A stretch of DNA of 64,000 nt from Alphaproteobacteria bacterium (GCA_965261735.1 OZ253470.1:1376001-1440000); one strand, 5' to 3'. Counted from the stretch's first letter, positions 1-18,565 are shown. Numbers and translations are program-made. The notes: generated by a model not told the origin, from the letters alone.

Positions 1-1957
1 AGGGACCGGAAGCGGCGAAGGTGATCGAGCTCAGGCCGCTCTCGGGCAAGGGCACCATCGATCTCCTGAAGAGCCGCCTCGATACCGACGACCTGCCGGC
101 CGAGCTCACCCGGCTGGTTCTCGCCAAGGCCGAGGGTAACCCGCTATTCGCCGAGGAGATCGCCAACTACCTGCTGGACAAGGGCAGCCTGCGGCGGGGC
201 GAGGGAGGGATATCGTACGACACCCCCGATGTGAGCTCGGCCGTTTCGGTGACGCTGGAGAACCTCCTGATGGACCGCTTCGACCGGCTCGACGAAGGGC
301 CGCGCGCGGCCTTGGAGATCGCCGCGGTGGTCGGCCAGCGCTTCTCGCCCGATCTGGTGCGGAGCGTCCTCGGCGTCGACGGCGCGCTCGCCGAACACCT
401 GCGCGCCCTGGAGCGCCAGGAGTTGATCTTTCGCGATCCCGGCCGCGGCGACTACCGCTTCAAGCACGCGCTGGTCCATGACGCCGTGTACAATAGCCTA
501 CTGACCGGGCGCCGCGAATCCCTGCACGAAAGGGTGGCCGTGGCCATCGAGACGGAAGCCACCGACGGCGCCGGCGAGCACGCCGACGCGCTGGCCCACC
601 ACTACAGCAACACCCCGCGTGCCGAGAAAGCCGTGCGCTACATGGCGCTGGCCGGCGAACGCAGCCTGCGCGTTTATGCACTGGAGGAGGCGGAGCTACG
701 CTTCCGCCAGGTCCTCGACCTCATCGAGACGGTCCCCGGCTGCGCCGACGAGGGGTCCTCGTCGACGTCCTCCTGAACGTCGCCCGCGTCTACTATTTCC
801 GCGCCGATTTCAAGAGCATCATCGCCCTCGTGGAACGATATCTCCCTCGCGTTGAGGCGTTGGGCGACAAGAAACGCCTATCGCGTTTTTTGTTTGAAAC
901 CGGCTACGCCCACGTCTTCGCCGCACGCGATGAAGAGGGCAAAGTGCTGCTGGAGCGCGCCCTGGCTTTGGGCGAGGAAATAGAGGACGAGGAAGCCATC
1001 GCCTACGCCAACTTCGGCTTGATGTGGATCCAGTCTTGCTGGGGTCAACCGGGGAGCGACCGGCTTCAGACCCTGGAACGAATAGGTCAGCGGGTGTTCG
1101 AGGTCGGCACGAAACTCGGTGACGTCTGGCTTACCGCGAAGGCAATTCATTGTCTGGCCGTCGACAGTCTGGCCTGGGGCCGGCCCCGCGAGAGCCGACA
1201 ATACTGCCTTCAATTGATCGAGCTGAGTCGAGAGACGGGCGACCCTCGACCGCGGACCCTCGGAATGTGGGCATTGGGATACCTCAATGCCATCACGGGC
1301 GAGTACGAGGAAGGAGTCGAGTGCGCGGATGAAAGCCTGCGAAGTGCCCTGAGTAGTTTGGATCGCTGGTGCGCGCAGAATCCCAAAGGGTTTGCGCTCG
1401 CCATGCTCGGACGGACCGAAGAGGGACTGAACGTATTGGGCGAGGCACGACGTCAATGGGAGACCGGCGGGCTCCGCATGACCGCCGCAGCGAACGAAAT
1501 GCTCTACGGTGCGGCCTTGGTTCTCGCTGGCGATATGGCGGGCGGCGTCCGGATTATCGAAGAGGCCGAAGGCCGCGTGCCCGGGTGGGGGCGACAACCG
1601 TTTACCCGCGCCTTCGGTCACTTCTTTCTCGGCCAAATCTATCTCAGCATGGCGCTAGGCGAAAAGACGCCGCCGCTTTCGGTGCTGCTGCGCAACATCG
1701 GGTTTCTGGTACGGACGATGCCCTTTGTCGCGGCCAAGGCGCGCCGCCACCTCGAAGCGTCCGTTGCCGAATGTCGAACATTGAACGCGCCCTATTTCAT
1801 CGCCGCAAACCTCTGCAACCTCGGTCTCCTGCACAAGGCGAAGAGGCGGCCGGCGGAAGCGCGCATCTGCCTAGAAGAAGCGCGCGAGATTGCGCTGCCG
1901 CTGGAAGTCACGGTTCTGATCGACCAGATCGACGCCGCCCTCGCCGAGCTTCCCTAA
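1..1957 (+). pseudogene. C-terminal part of an AAA-ATPase/TPR (adenylate-cyclase-associated, STAND-like) protein, frameshifted near 752-755; 5' end outside the window
   Basis: ORF 21-776 has the motifs 'KAEGNPLFAEE', 'YRFKHALVHDAVYNSLL' and 'LAHHY'. ORF 830-1957 is helical and TPR-like. Adding one G to the GGGG run at 752-755 gives a continuous frame (..DEGVLVDVLLNVARVYYF..). Confidence 0.75.
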
Positions 1958-1959
1958 AC

Positions 1960-3369
<1,410 letters not shown>

Positions 3370-3399
3370 AGCATCCTTTTCCGGGGCCCTGTCATGCGC

Positions 3400-4620
3400 T
3401 CACAGCCCCAGGAGCAGGCGGCCCGGGTCCTCGATGCACTCCTTGACGCGGACGAGGAAGCGCACCGCCTCGCCGCCGTCGATAACGCGGTGGTCGTAGC
3501 TCAGCGCGACATACATCATCGGCCGGGCCTCGATCGCGTCGCCGATCACGACGGGGCGCTTCTCGATCTTGTGCATGCCGAGGATGCCGGACTGCGGCGG
3601 GTTGAGGATCGGCGAGGACAGCAGCGAGCCGAAGACGCCGCCGTTGGAGATCGTGAAGGTGCCGCCGGTGAGGTCGTCGAGCGCGAGCTTGCCGTCGCGG
3701 GCGCGGCGCCCGAGCTCGGCGATCCTCTTTTCCAGCTCGGCGAAGCTCAGCGCGTCCGCATCGCGCACGACCGGGACCACCAGGCCCTGCGGCGTGCCGA
3801 CGGCGACGCCGATGTCGTAGTAGTTTTTGTAGACGATATCGTCGCCGTCGATCTCGGCGTTGACGCCCGGAATCTCCTGGAGCGCCGCGATGCAGCCCTT
3901 GACGAAGAACGACATGAAGCCGAGCCGCACGCCATGCTTCTTCTCGAAGGCATCGCGGTGCTCAGCGCGCAGGGCCATGGTCTGCGTCATGTCGATTTCG
4001 TTGTAGGTAGTGAGCATGGCCGCCGTGTTCTGCGCCTCCTTCAGGCGCTCGGCGATGCGCTGGCGGAGCCGCGTCATGCGCACCCGCTCCTCGCGCTCGG
4101 CGCGCGGGCGTGGGCCGGCGGGCGTCGCGGGCGGTGGTTGCGCGGCGGCCGCGGCGGGGGCCGGCGCGGCGGCGCGGCCACCCTCGATCACCGACAGCAC
4201 GTCGCCCTTGGTCAGGCGGCCGCCCTTGCCACTGCCCGAGGTCGCCGCCGGATCGAGGTGATGCTCGGCGACGAGCTTGCGGACGGACGGCGACAGGACG
4301 ACTTCGGGTGCCGGCGCGGGCTCGGGTGGCGCGGGCTTCTCGGCCTGGGCCGGGGGCGCAGGCTTGGACGCCGGCGCGCCCTCGCCCTCGGCGATGCGCC
4401 CGAGTACGGCGCCGATGGCGACGGTCGCGCCGGCATCGGCGACGATCTCGGTCAACAAACCCGGTACCGGGGCCGGCACCTCCATCGCCACCTTGTCGGT
4501 CTCGAGCTCGACCAGCACCTCGTCCCGGGCCACAGCCTCACCGACCGTCTTGAACCACTTGGCTATCGTCGCCTCGGTGACTGACTCGCCGAGCGTCGGA
4601 ACCACGATATCGGTGCTCAT
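3400..4620 (-). CDS. sucB: 2-oxoglutarate dehydrogenase E2 (dihydrolipoamide succinyltransferase)
   Basis: Lipoyl domain ELETDKV, Pro/Ala linker, catalytic SYDHRVIDG. Confidence 0.97.
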   Translation of the reverse strand: MSTDIVVPTLGESVTEATIAKWFKTVGEAVARDEVLVELETDKVAMEVPAPVPGLLTEIVADAGATVAIGAVLGRIAEGEGAPASKPAPPAQAEKPAPPEPAPAPEVVLSPSVRKLVAEHHLDPAATSGSGKGGRLTKGDVLSVIEGGRAAAPAPAAAAAQPPPATPAGPRPRAEREERVRMTRLRQRIAERLKEAQNTAAMLTTYNEIDMTQTMALRAEHRDAFEKKHGVRLGFMSFFVKGCIAALQEIPGVNAEIDGDDIVYKNYYDIGVAVGTPQGLVVPVVRDADALSFAELEKRIAELGRRARDGKLALDDLTGGTFTISNGGVFGSLLSSPILNPPQSGILGMHKIEKRPVVIGDAIEARPMMYVALSYDHRVIDGGEAVRFLVRVKECIEDPGRLLLGL

Positions 4621-4639
4621 CGGATGTCTCCCTCGGCAC

Positions 4640-7504
<2,865 letters not shown>

Positions 7505-7674
7505 CAGGCCACAGGCGCACGCCGGGCGCGCACCGCCTCTTGTTGCCGTTCCGCCAGGTTCATGTGCGTGGAGCTAGGGGCCGAAACCACGGCCGATCCT
7601 CCGTCATTCACCATTAACAATTCGTTGCATCGGGGCCGATTTCAACCGGCGCGCCGACCTACGCGGCTCGGGCG

Positions 7675-8543
7675 CTAGAGGAGCTCGGCCAGCGTGCTGC
7701 CGATCGCCGCGGGTGATTCGGCCACGATCATGCCAGCCGAGCGCATGGCCTCGATCTTGGCCTCGGCGCCACCCTCGCCACCCGAGATGATCGCACCGGC
7801 GTGGCCCATGCGCCGGCCCGGCGGCGCCGTAAGGCCGGCTATGAACCCGACGGTCGGCTTCTTGATCTTGCTCGCCTTGAGAAAGGCGGCCGCCTCCTCC
7901 TCGGCCGCACCGCCGATCTCGCCGATCATGATGATCGCTTCGGTCTCGTCGTCGCCGAGGAAGAGCTCGAGGCAATCGATGAAGCTGGTGCCGCTGACGG
8001 GATCGCCGCCAATGCCGATGCAGGTCGTCTGGCCGAGGCCCGCGGCCGTGGTCTGGCCCACCGCTTCGTAGGTGAGCGTGCCCGAACGCGACACGATGCC
8101 GACACGGCCGCGGGTGTGAATGTGCCCTGGCATGATGCCGATCTTGCATTCGCCGGGCGTGATAACCCCCGGACAGTTGGCGCCGATGAGGCGCGAGCCC
8201 GAGCCTTGAAGCGCGCGTTTGACCCCCACCATGTCGAGCACCGGGATGCCCTCGGTGATGCAGACGATCAGGCTCACGCCGGCATCGATCGCCTCGTGGA
8301 TGGCGTCGGCGGCGAACGTGGGCGGCACGTAGATCACGGAGGCGTCGGCACCGGTCGCGGCCACCGCCTCGTCGACCGTATCGAAGACCGGCAGGTCGAG
8401 ATGGACGCTGCCGCCCTTGCCCGGCGTCACGCCGCCCATCATGCGCGTCCCGTAGGCGATGGCCTGCTCGGAATGGAACGTGCCCTGGGCGCCGGTGAAG
8501 CCCTGACAGATGACCTTCGTCGCCGAGCCCACGAGAACCGACA

Positions 8544-8544
<1 letters not shown>
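7675..8544 (-). CDS. sucD: succinyl-CoA synthetase alpha subunit
   Basis: Start MSVLVGS at 8544 overlaps the sucC stop; [14 protein letters not shown] and RMGHAGA (phospho-His). Confidence 0.97.
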
Positions 8545-9713
<1,169 letters not shown>

Positions 9714-9869
9714 GGTGCCCGGGCCGCCGCTTCAGCTCCGTCGTGCTTCGTCATGGCGCTTCAGCCCCGCCGCCCAAAAGAGTTTCACGAAAAACGCGCC
9801 GCGGTTGCGCGCGGCCTCCAACACCGTGATGCCAGTCAGCTATTAAGATCGGGTTCGCGCAGCCCTGCT

Positions 9870-10979
<1,110 letters not shown>

Positions 10980-11058
10980 CTAGCGCGTTTCACGGCCCGC
11001 CGCAAGGACGGCCCGGAGCGAGCGGCGGGCGGAGGCGGAGCCGGTGCCGGCCAGGCGC

Positions 11059-11407
11059 TCAGCGTCGCCGGGCGACGAGCCGGTTGTAGAGCCAGGCGAT
11101 CAGCGCGCCGCCGATGAGCCCGCCGACGAACGCCCAGACAGCGCCGCTGACGGCACCGACGAAGCTCGGCTCGTAGCCGATGTAGAGCGAGGACAGCACC
11201 TGCACGACGAGGATGCCCCAGCCGAACAGTCCGGCGCCGATGCCGATGACGAACACGGTAAGCGCGGAGACGATACCGAGCGCCAGGCCGAAACTGGTGA
11301 CCGCGAGTTCGGCCCGCGGCGCGACGCGGCGCGCGCGCCGGCTCCTCTATGGTCTCCCTATTGGGCTCGGCGCTCTCGGCCGGCCCGCGGTGCTCGCTCT
11401 CGCTCAC
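11059..11407 (-). pseudogene. small membrane protein (resembles the family often labelled 'bacteriophage holin'), apparently frameshifted near 11325-11340
   Basis: The hydrophobic frame ..FGLALGIVSALTVFVIG..LYIGYEPSFVGAVSGAVWAF..LIAWLYNRL has no good start before an upstream TAG at 11347-11349. A GTG with a GGGGGA RBS at 11407 is one frame off, across a GC dinucleotide run. Confidence 0.5.
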
Positions 11408-11565
11408 GCGTCCCCCCTGGTGCCGCCGCGCGCTTTCGGGCGGCGGCAGTTTAGGGACTTGCGCGCAGGCGCGCCAACGATTATGTGCGGGATGACCCGA
11501 GCGGCCCCGTCGTGGGTCCGGTCGGCTGCGCTACCCGTGCACCCCCATCAAAGCGGAAAACAGCC

Positions 11566-13443
11566 ATGGCGGAGGAAAAACGCAACTTCGAGGCCGAGGT
11601 CAGCAAGCTCCTGCAGATCGTCGCCAACGCGCTCTACAGCGAGAAGGAGATTTTTCTGCGCGAGCTCATCTCCAACGCGTCCGACGCCTGCGACCGGCTG
11701 CGCTACGCCGCCCTTACCGAGCCCGAGCTCGCCGACGACGACGCCCGCTTTCGCATCACGCTCGCGCTCGACCGCAAGGGGCGCACGCTCAGTGTCGCCG
11801 ACAACGGCGTCGGTATGAACCGCGAGGAACTGGTCACCAACCTCGGCACGATCGCGCGCTCTGGCACGACCGCGTTCCTCGAACAGCTATCCGACGATGC
11901 GCCCAAGGATCTGAGCCTGATCGGGCAGTTCGGCGTCGGCTTTTATTCGGCCTTCATCGTCGCCGACGAGGTTGTGGTGACGAGCCGCAAGGCCGGCGAC
12001 CCGCACGCCTGGAGTTGGCGCTCGGATGGCGCCGGGGAGTTCACCGTGGCAGACGCCGAGCGCGCCGAGCGCGGGACCACCGTCACGCTGCATTTGAAGA
12101 AAGGGGAGGACGAGTTCCTCGATCCGGAGCGCTTGCGCACCATCGTCAAGACCTACTCCGATCACATCGCCCTGCCGATCGAGCTCGCCACCGACGGCGC
12201 CGAGGGGCCCGAAACCCTCAATACCGCCTCGGCCCTGTGGACGCGCCCCAAGAAGGACATCACGCCCGAGCAGTACAAGGAATTCTACCACCACGTCGGG
12301 CACGCGTTCGACGACCCGTGGCTCACGGTGCACGCCCGGGCCGAGGGCCGCATCGAATATGCCATGCTCCTGTTCGTGCCCTCGGCGCGCCCCTTCGACC
12401 TCTTCGATCCGGCGCGCAAGCCCAGGGTCAAGCTATACGTCAAGCGCGTCTTCATCTCCGACGACAGCGAGGACCTAGTACCGCCGTACTTGCGCTTCGT
12501 GCGCGGCATCGTCGATTCCGAGGACCTGCCGCTCAACATCAGCCGCGAGATGCTGCAAAACAACCCGGTGGTGCGCGCCATGCGCAAGGCGCTGACCAAG
12601 CGGGTGCTGGGCGAGCTGCAGAAGAAGGCGGACAAGGCGCCTGAAGATTACGCCACCTTCTGGAACAATTTCGGCGCCGTCCTCAAGGAGGGGATCTACG
12701 AAGACGCCGAGCACAGGGACACCTTCCTCAAGCTCGCCCGCTTCCACACGACACGCTCCGGCGACGGGCTCGCCTCGCTCGCCGACTATGCCTCGCGCCT
12801 GCGAGAGGGCCAGGACGCCATTTACTACATCACCGGCAACGAGATCGGGCCGCTGCGCCAAAGCCCGCAGCTCGAGGGGTTTGCCGCCAAGGAGGTCGAA
12901 GTCCTGCTGCTGACCGATCCGGTGGATGAGTTCTGGGTCGGTCACGTCGGTGAGTACGAGGGCAAGCCCTTCAAGTCGGTCACCCGTGGTGGCGCCGATC
13001 TCGGCACGATCAAGGCCGGTGAGGCCGCGGAGCCGGAGGCGGAGACCGCTGCGCCGGCAAGCGAGCTCGACACGCTGATCGCCCTGCTCAAGCTCAACCT
13101 CGGCGAAAAGGTGAAGGACGTGCGGCCCTCCGACCGGCTCACCGACAGCGCCGTCTGCCTCATTGCCGACGAGGGCGACCTCGACATGCACCTCGAGCGC
13201 CTGCTGAAGCAGCACAACCAGGAGATCCCGACTGCGCGCCGCATTCTCGAGATCAACCCGCGCCACCGGCTCATCAGGGCGCTGGCGGAATCGGCGATGA
13301 AAGCGGGTGCAGCGGATGCGCTCGCCGATGCGTCCGAGCTCCTGCTGGATCAAGCGCGAATCATCGAGGGCGAGCCGCTACCCGATCCCGGTGCCTTCTC
13401 GCGCCGCCTGACCGACGTCATGACCAGGGGTCTCGCGGTCTAG
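11566..13443 (+). CDS. htpG: Hsp90 chaperone
   Basis: FLRELISNASDA, DNGVGM, IGQFGVGFYSAF, SEDLPLNISRE; start MAEEKRNF. Confidence 0.97.
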   Translation: MAEEKRNFEAEVSKLLQIVANALYSEKEIFLRELISNASDACDRLRYAALTEPELADDDARFRITLALDRKGRTLSVADNGVGMNREELVTNLGTIARSGTTAFLEQLSDDAPKDLSLIGQFGVGFYSAFIVADEVVVTSRKAGDPHAWSWRSDGAGEFTVADAERAERGTTVTLHLKKGEDEFLDPERLRTIVKTYSDHIALPIELATDGAEGPETLNTASALWTRPKKDITPEQYKEFYHHVGHAFDDPWLTVHARAEGRIEYAMLLFVPSARPFDLFDPARKPRVKLYVKRVFISDDSEDLVPPYLRFVRGIVDSEDLPLNISREMLQNNPVVRAMRKALTKRVLGELQKKADKAPEDYATFWNNFGAVLKEGIYEDAEHRDTFLKLARFHTTRSGDGLASLADYASRLREGQDAIYYITGNEIGPLRQSPQLEGFAAKEVEVLLLTDPVDEFWVGHVGEYEGKPFKSVTRGGADLGTIKAGEAAEPEAETAAPASELDTLIALLKLNLGEKVKDVRPSDRLTDSAVCLIADEGDLDMHLERLLKQHNQEIPTARRILEINPRHRLIRALAESAMKAGAADALADASELLLDQARIIEGEPLPDPGAFSRRLTDVMTRGLAV

Positions 13444-13460
13444 CGCGAAAGAGAAAGGCG

Positions 13461-14627
13461 CTACCCGGCCGGGAGTGCTGCCGCCGGAGCCGTGTGTGGG
13501 TCGGCGTCCTGCGCGACGTTGTGTTTGGGTTCGAGGGCGGGGCTGCCGTCCATGAACACGCAGTGACCGCGCGAGCCCCGAGACTGAGCTTTCGCTCGGT
13601 ACATTTGCTGGTCCGCCGTCTTGATGAGATCGTCGATCCCGACGGGCTCCGCCGGATCGTAGATGGCGATACCCATGCTGAGCGACACGCCGATGCGGCT
13701 GGCGTCAAAGCCCTCGGCGATCCTTTGGGCGATCAGGGGAGCTTGGGCCGCATTGGTGCGCGGCATGATGAGGTAGAACTCATCGCCACCGTAGCGGCAG
13801 GCAATGTCGGTCGCTCGGGACGCCTGGCGAACGGCGGTCGAGACTTCCATAAGCACCTCGTCCCCCGCCTGGTGACCACGTGAGTCATTGACCAGCTTGA
13901 AGCCGTTGAGGTCGATGTAAAGAAGGCCCAGCGGTTCGCTCGAGCGCTCCGCGGCACCGCACTCACGGCGCAGGTGCTCGTAAAACGACCTCTGGTTGGC
14001 GATGCCGGTCAGTGGATCCAGGCGTGACAGCTCGGCGAGCTCGCGGGTGCGCTCCGCGACCTGCTCCTCGAGGCTCAACGCGTAGCGCTCGACTTCGTAT
14101 TTCGCCACCTCCAGCTCCGCGACCAGGCTCGCGATGTAGGTATCGAACACGAGCTGAATGTCGAACATGAAGAGCTTCTGCAGCGCGACGCGGCGCTCGG
14201 CGGCGTAGGCGCCGGCGCCGTCTACTTCGGATTCCAGCTCGCGTTCGAGCAGGGACTGCAGGATCCGCAGCGCCGTCGTGTAGAGCTTGGGCGAGACGCC
14301 GATGCGCTTGTGCACCTTGCCGACACGCAATCGCTTGTTCACGTAGTCGGCGTCGTAGGTGCCGCCGAATATCTCCAATATGTAGGCGCGCATGGCCCGC
14401 TTGAGCCGCGACAGGGTCTCGGTATCGCCAATGACAAGAGCGATTTCCGGTGTCTCCGTCTGTATTTCGTAAAATTCCTCGACGATGTGATCGATCCTGC
14501 CGTGAATATGGGCCTTGCACGAAAACAGCAGCTGGGTGTCGTCCTCGGTGATCCCGAGGAGGCGCTTTCGCTCCTCGATCTCGAACTTGCTCATTCGCAT
14601 CTGCTGGGCGAGCGTCTGATGCGCCAC
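13461..14627 (-). CDS. globin-coupled diguanylate cyclase (protoglobin-type sensor plus GGDEF); start uncertain
   Basis: N-terminal globin-like region (EEFY, VGKVHKRIGV), coiled coil, DPLTG, and an RATD I-site followed by RYGGDEF. Confidence 0.85.
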   Translation of the reverse strand: MAHQTLAQQMRMSKFEIEERKRLLGITEDDTQLLFSCKAHIHGRIDHIVEEFYEIQTETPEIALVIGDTETLSRLKRAMRAYILEIFGGTYDADYVNKRLRVGKVHKRIGVSPKLYTTALRILQSLLERELESEVDGAGAYAAERRVALQKLFMFDIQLVFDTYIASLVAELEVAKYEVERYALSLEEQVAERTRELAELSRLDPLTGIANQRSFYEHLRRECGAAERSSEPLGLLYIDLNGFKLVNDSRGHQAGDEVLMEVSTAVRQASRATDIACRYGGDEFYLIMPRTNAAQAPLIAQRIAEGFDASRIGVSLSMGIAIYDPAEPVGIDDLIKTADQQMYRAKAQSRGSRGHCVFMDGSPALEPKHNVAQDADPHTAPAAALPAG

Positions 14628-14925
14628 CCTTAGCGACGCCGAGCGACTGAGACCCGGTTCATGGCCGGCGATGTTGGGCACGAATGGACATCCTTGTTCG
14701 GCGCCCAAACGGCGCGGCACCGGTACGCGGAGAGAAGGCCCCCCGGACGAGCCGGAGACTCCTCGGAAAAGGTAGTCTCAGTCCATTGTTAAAGGGTGAA
14801 GGGCGATCCGGGGCGGGCGCCGGGCCGACGGCTCGGCGATAGGGCCCGCGGGCCGCCGATCGCCGGCCGGCACCGCTCGCTCCTCCGCGCTGAAAGTCGA
14901 GGCGCGCGCCTCGGCGCGATCGCGC

Positions 14926-15666
14926 TTAGTTGGTGGGGACGATGTCCATGCGCGCGGCGCCGATGACCGGGCCGAGCCGGTCGCGCTGCACGACCACGGC
15001 ACAGCCGTCACGCCCGCCCGCCGCGAGGTCGGAGAGCGCGAGTGGAATGTCCATCGCGGCGCCGCGCCAGGTGCCGATGTCGCGCACCTCGCGCACGACG
15101 TTGGTGTAGGTGAGCTCCTTGCCGGCATTCTCGCCGCGTCCGATCGCCACCTGCTGGCGGCTGTCATAGCGGAACAGCCACACCGTGGCCGGCCCGCTCT
15201 CGCCACCTGCCGCGGCGCCGACGTGCGCGATCACGGTGCCATCTTCATCGGTGTCGAGCGACACCTCGACGGGGTTGGGCGCGCGGTGCTTGTCGCTCAG
15301 CATCGCCCATTCGACGCCATACCTGTTCGAGCCGACCACGTGCACGGTGCCGCCGATCACCATCTGCGGCGTATAGACGCGGCCCCCGCGCATGGTGCGG
15401 CCATAGTTGCGCTGACGGCTCGTCGTCACGTCCGTGGCGAAGGTGTCCTTCCAGCCGAGATAGTCCCAATAGTTGACGTGCAGGCTGAGCGCGACCACGT
15501 CGTCGCGCGCGGCAATGTCGCCGAGCATCTCGTCGGCGGGCGGGCAACTGTTGCAGCCCTGCGAGGTATAGAGCTCGACGACCGTGACCGGGCCGCCGGC
15601 GTGAGCCGCGCCGGACGCAGCCAGCGCGAACGCCACGGCGAAGAGGAGTGGGGACAGCCGTTTCAT
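14926..15666 (-). CDS. DUF1223-type exported thioredoxin-like protein
   Basis: Signal peptide, VVELYTSQGCNSCPPAD, HVNYWDYLGWKD, YTPQMVI. Confidence 0.88.
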   Translation of the reverse strand: MKRLSPLLFAVAFALAASGAAHAGGPVTVVELYTSQGCNSCPPADEMLGDIAARDDVVALSLHVNYWDYLGWKDTFATDVTTSRQRNYGRTMRGGRVYTPQMVIGGTVHVVGSNRYGVEWAMLSDKHRAPNPVEVSLDTDEDGTVIAHVGAAAGGESGPATVWLFRYDSRQQVAIGRGENAGKELTYTNVVREVRDIGTWRGAAMDIPLALSDLAAGGRDGCAVVVQRDRLGPVIGAARMDIVPTN

Positions 15667-15738
15667 GCTCCCTCTATAGCGCCGCCCGGGGCTGGCTACG
15701 AATCACGTCTCGGTGAGACCCACGTGACGCACCCCGCC

Positions 15739-18432
15739 TCAGGCCGCGCGCGCGAGCTGGCGCAACACGTAGTGGAGGATTCCTCCGTTGGTGTAATACT
15801 CGACCTCGTCAACCGTATCGATGCGGCAGAGCAGGCTGATCTCGCGCGTCTTGCCTTTGCCGCCCGTGATTCGACAGGCGACATCCATACCCGGAGTAAT
15901 CCCTGCCGCGAGGCCAGTGATGTCGAAGGTCTCGCTGCCGTCGAGGCGCAGGCGCTTGCGGTCCATGCCGTCCTTAAACGTGAGCGGCAGTACTCCCATG
16001 CCGACGAGGTTGGAGCGGTGGATGCGCTCGAAGCTCTCTGCGATCACGGCCTTGACCCCGAGAAGTCCGGTCCCCTTGGCGGCCCAGTCGCGCGATGAAC
16101 CGGTGCCGTACTCACGCCCGGCGACCACCACGAGCGGCGCCCCGCGGCGCCGGTACTCCATCGCCGCGTCGTAGATCGACATCGGCTTGTCCTCGGGCAT
16201 CAGCCGGGTGACGCCCCCCTCGGTGCCGGGCACCATTTCGTTGCGCAGCCGGACGTTGGCGAAGGTACCGCGCATCATCAGCTCGTGATTGCCGCGCCGC
16301 GAGCCGTAGGAATTGAAGTTGCGCTGGTCGACGCCGTGTCCCGCGAGATAAGAGCCGGCGGGCCCGTCGCGGCTGATCGAGCCGGCGGGCGAGATATGGT
16401 CGGTCGTGATGCTGTCGCCGAGCAGCGCGAGCACGCGCGCGCCCTTGATGTCGCCGATGGGCGCCGGTTTGCCGCTCATGTCCTGGAAATAGGGCGGCTC
16501 CTTGACGTAGGTCGAGCGCGGATCCCATGCGTAGGTTCGGCTCTTCGGCGTCTTGATGCGGCCCCAATCGCTGTCGCCGCCGAACACGTCCGCGTACTGC
16601 TTGCGGAACAGCGCCGCCGACATGCTCTTGCGCAAGGCCTCGCCGATTTCCTTGCTCGTGGGCCAGATGTCCTTGAGGAAGACGGGCCGACCCTTGCGGT
16701 CGGCGCAGATGGGATCGCGCGCAAGGTCGATCAGCATCGAGCCGGCGAGCGCGTAGGCCACGACCAGGGGCGGCGAGGCGAGATAATTGGCTTTGATGTC
16801 GGGGCTGATGCGGCCCTCGAAATTGCGGTTGCCGGACAGCACCGCGCAGGCGACGAGGTCGTTGTCGCGGATGGCGCCGGCGATGGGCTCGGCGAGCGGT
16901 CCCGAATTGCCGATGCAGGTCGTGCACCCGTAGCCGACGAGGTTGAAGCCGAGGGCATCGAAGTGCTTCTGCAGCCCGGCCTTGGCGAGATAATCGCTGA
17001 CCACCTTGGAGCCCGGCGCGAGCGAGGTCTTGACCCACGGCTTGACGCGGAGCCCGCGCGCGACGGCGTTGCGGGCGAGCAGCCCGGCGCCGAGCATCAC
17101 CGAGGGGTTCGAGGTGTTGGTGCAGCTCGTGATGGCGGCGATCACGACGTCGCCGTGGCCGAGGTCGTGCGAGCTGCCGGCAATGGCGACCCGGCGGTGC
17201 GGGCTGCCGGTTGTCGCGAATTCCTCCTTGAGCGCCGCCGCGAAGGCCGGGGCGGCGCGCGACAGCGGAACCCGGTCCTGCGGGCGCTTGGGCCCCGCGA
17301 GGCTCGGCTCGACGGTGCCGAGGTCGAGTTCGAGGGTGTCGGTGAACACCGGATCGGGTGTCCGGCGCCCGCGCCACATACCCTGGCGCTTGGCGTAGGC
17401 CTCGACGAGCGCGACCGCGGCCGGCTTGCGGCCCGTGGCCTTGAGGTAGGCGATGGTCTCGGCGTCGATGGGAAAGAAGCCGCAGGTGGCGCCATACTCC
17501 GGCGCCATGTTGGCGATCGTCGCGCGATCGGCGAGCGAAAGCTGGTCGAGCCCGTGGCCGTAGAACTCGACGAACTTACCGACCACGCCCTTCTTGCGCA
17601 GCATTTGGGTCACGGTCAGAACGACGTCGGTCGCGGTGGTGCCCTCGCGCGGCCACCCGCTGAGCTTGAAGCCGACGACCTCGGGGACCAGCATCGAGAT
17701 CGGCTGGCCCAGCATCGCCGCCTCGGCCTCGATGCCACCGACACCCCAGCCGAGTACCGCGAGGCCGTTGACCATGGTGGTGTGGCTATCGGTGCCGACG
17801 AGGGTGTCGGGGTAGGCGAGCCGACCGCGCCCCGATTTGGCGGTCCACACGACCTGGGCCAGGTATTCGAGGTTGACCTGGTGGCAGATGCCGGTGCCGG
17901 GCGGCACGACCCGGAAATTGTCGAACGCCGTCTGCCCCCAGCGCAAAAAGGCATAGCGCTCGTGGTTGCGCTCGTACTCGAGCTTGACGTTGGCCTTGAA
18001 GGCGCGCCCGCTGCCGTAATTATCGACCATCACGGAATGGTCGATAACGAGGTCGACCGCCGTCAGTGGGTTGATCGCGTTGGGGTCGGCGCCGAGCTTG
18101 GCCATGGCCCCGCGCATGGCGGCCAGGTCGACGACCGCCGGCACGCCGGTGAAATCCTGCATCAGCACCCGCGCGGGGCGATAGGCGATCTCGCGGTCGA
18201 TCTTGCGGCGCTTCAGCCATCTCGCGAGCGCCTTGATGTCGGCCACTGTCACGGAGCGCCCGTCCTCGTGGCGCAACAGGTTCTCGAGCAGCACCTTGAG
18301 CGAGTACGGCAGCCGCGAGAGGTCCCCGAGCCCAGCCTTTTCGGCCGCCTTGAGACTGAAATAGTCGTAGGCCCGGCCGCCCACGGTGAGGCGGCGGCGG
18401 GTCTTCAAGCTGTCGAGACCGGGGGCTGTCAC
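15739..18432 (-). CDS. acnA: aconitate hydratase A
   Basis: [48 protein letters not shown]; GTG start at 18432 with a GAAGGAG RBS. Confidence 0.97.
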   Translation of the reverse strand: MTAPGLDSLKTRRRLTVGGRAYDYFSLKAAEKAGLGDLSRLPYSLKVLLENLLRHEDGRSVTVADIKALARWLKRRKIDREIAYRPARVLMQDFTGVPAVVDLAAMRGAMAKLGADPNAINPLTAVDLVIDHSVMVDNYGSGRAFKANVKLEYERNHERYAFLRWGQTAFDNFRVVPPGTGICHQVNLEYLAQVVWTAKSGRGRLAYPDTLVGTDSHTTMVNGLAVLGWGVGGIEAEAAMLGQPISMLVPEVVGFKLSGWPREGTTATDVVLTVTQMLRKKGVVGKFVEFYGHGLDQLSLADRATIANMAPEYGATCGFFPIDAETIAYLKATGRKPAAVALVEAYAKRQGMWRGRRTPDPVFTDTLELDLGTVEPSLAGPKRPQDRVPLSRAAPAFAAALKEEFATTGSPHRRVAIAGSSHDLGHGDVVIAAITSCTNTSNPSVMLGAGLLARNAVARGLRVKPWVKTSLAPGSKVVSDYLAKAGLQKHFDALGFNLVGYGCTTCIGNSGPLAEPIAGAIRDNDLVACAVLSGNRNFEGRISPDIKANYLASPPLVVAYALAGSMLIDLARDPICADRKGRPVFLKDIWPTSKEIGEALRKSMSAALFRKQYADVFGGDSDWGRIKTPKSRTYAWDPRSTYVKEPPYFQDMSGKPAPIGDIKGARVLALLGDSITTDHISPAGSISRDGPAGSYLAGHGVDQRNFNSYGSRRGNHELMMRGTFANVRLRNEMVPGTEGGVTRLMPEDKPMSIYDAAMEYRRRGAPLVVVAGREYGTGSSRDWAAKGTGLLGVKAVIAESFERIHRSNLVGMGVLPLTFKDGMDRKRLRLDGSETFDITGLAAGITPGMDVACRITGGKGKTREISLLCRIDTVDEVEYYTNGGILHYVLRQLARAA

Positions 18433-18565
18433 GGCGTTGCTCCTTCGCGAGGGCGGGCGGGGGGCGGCGGCGAGGCGGCGCGGCGCTAAGTGTGGTTGCA
18501 TGGTGCCCAGAATTCAACCGACATTGCGCCGGCGCGGGCGTCCGCGCCACGAGGGGGATCCAGGT

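Noticed and set aside
13441-13463. TAGCGC/GCGCTA inverted repeat between the convergent htpG and DGC stop codons
   Set aside because: Only a 6-bp stem with an 11-nt loop and no clear U-tract, so not called as a terminator.
16285-18489. 734-aa plus-strand ORF
   Set aside because: Antisense shadow of acnA.
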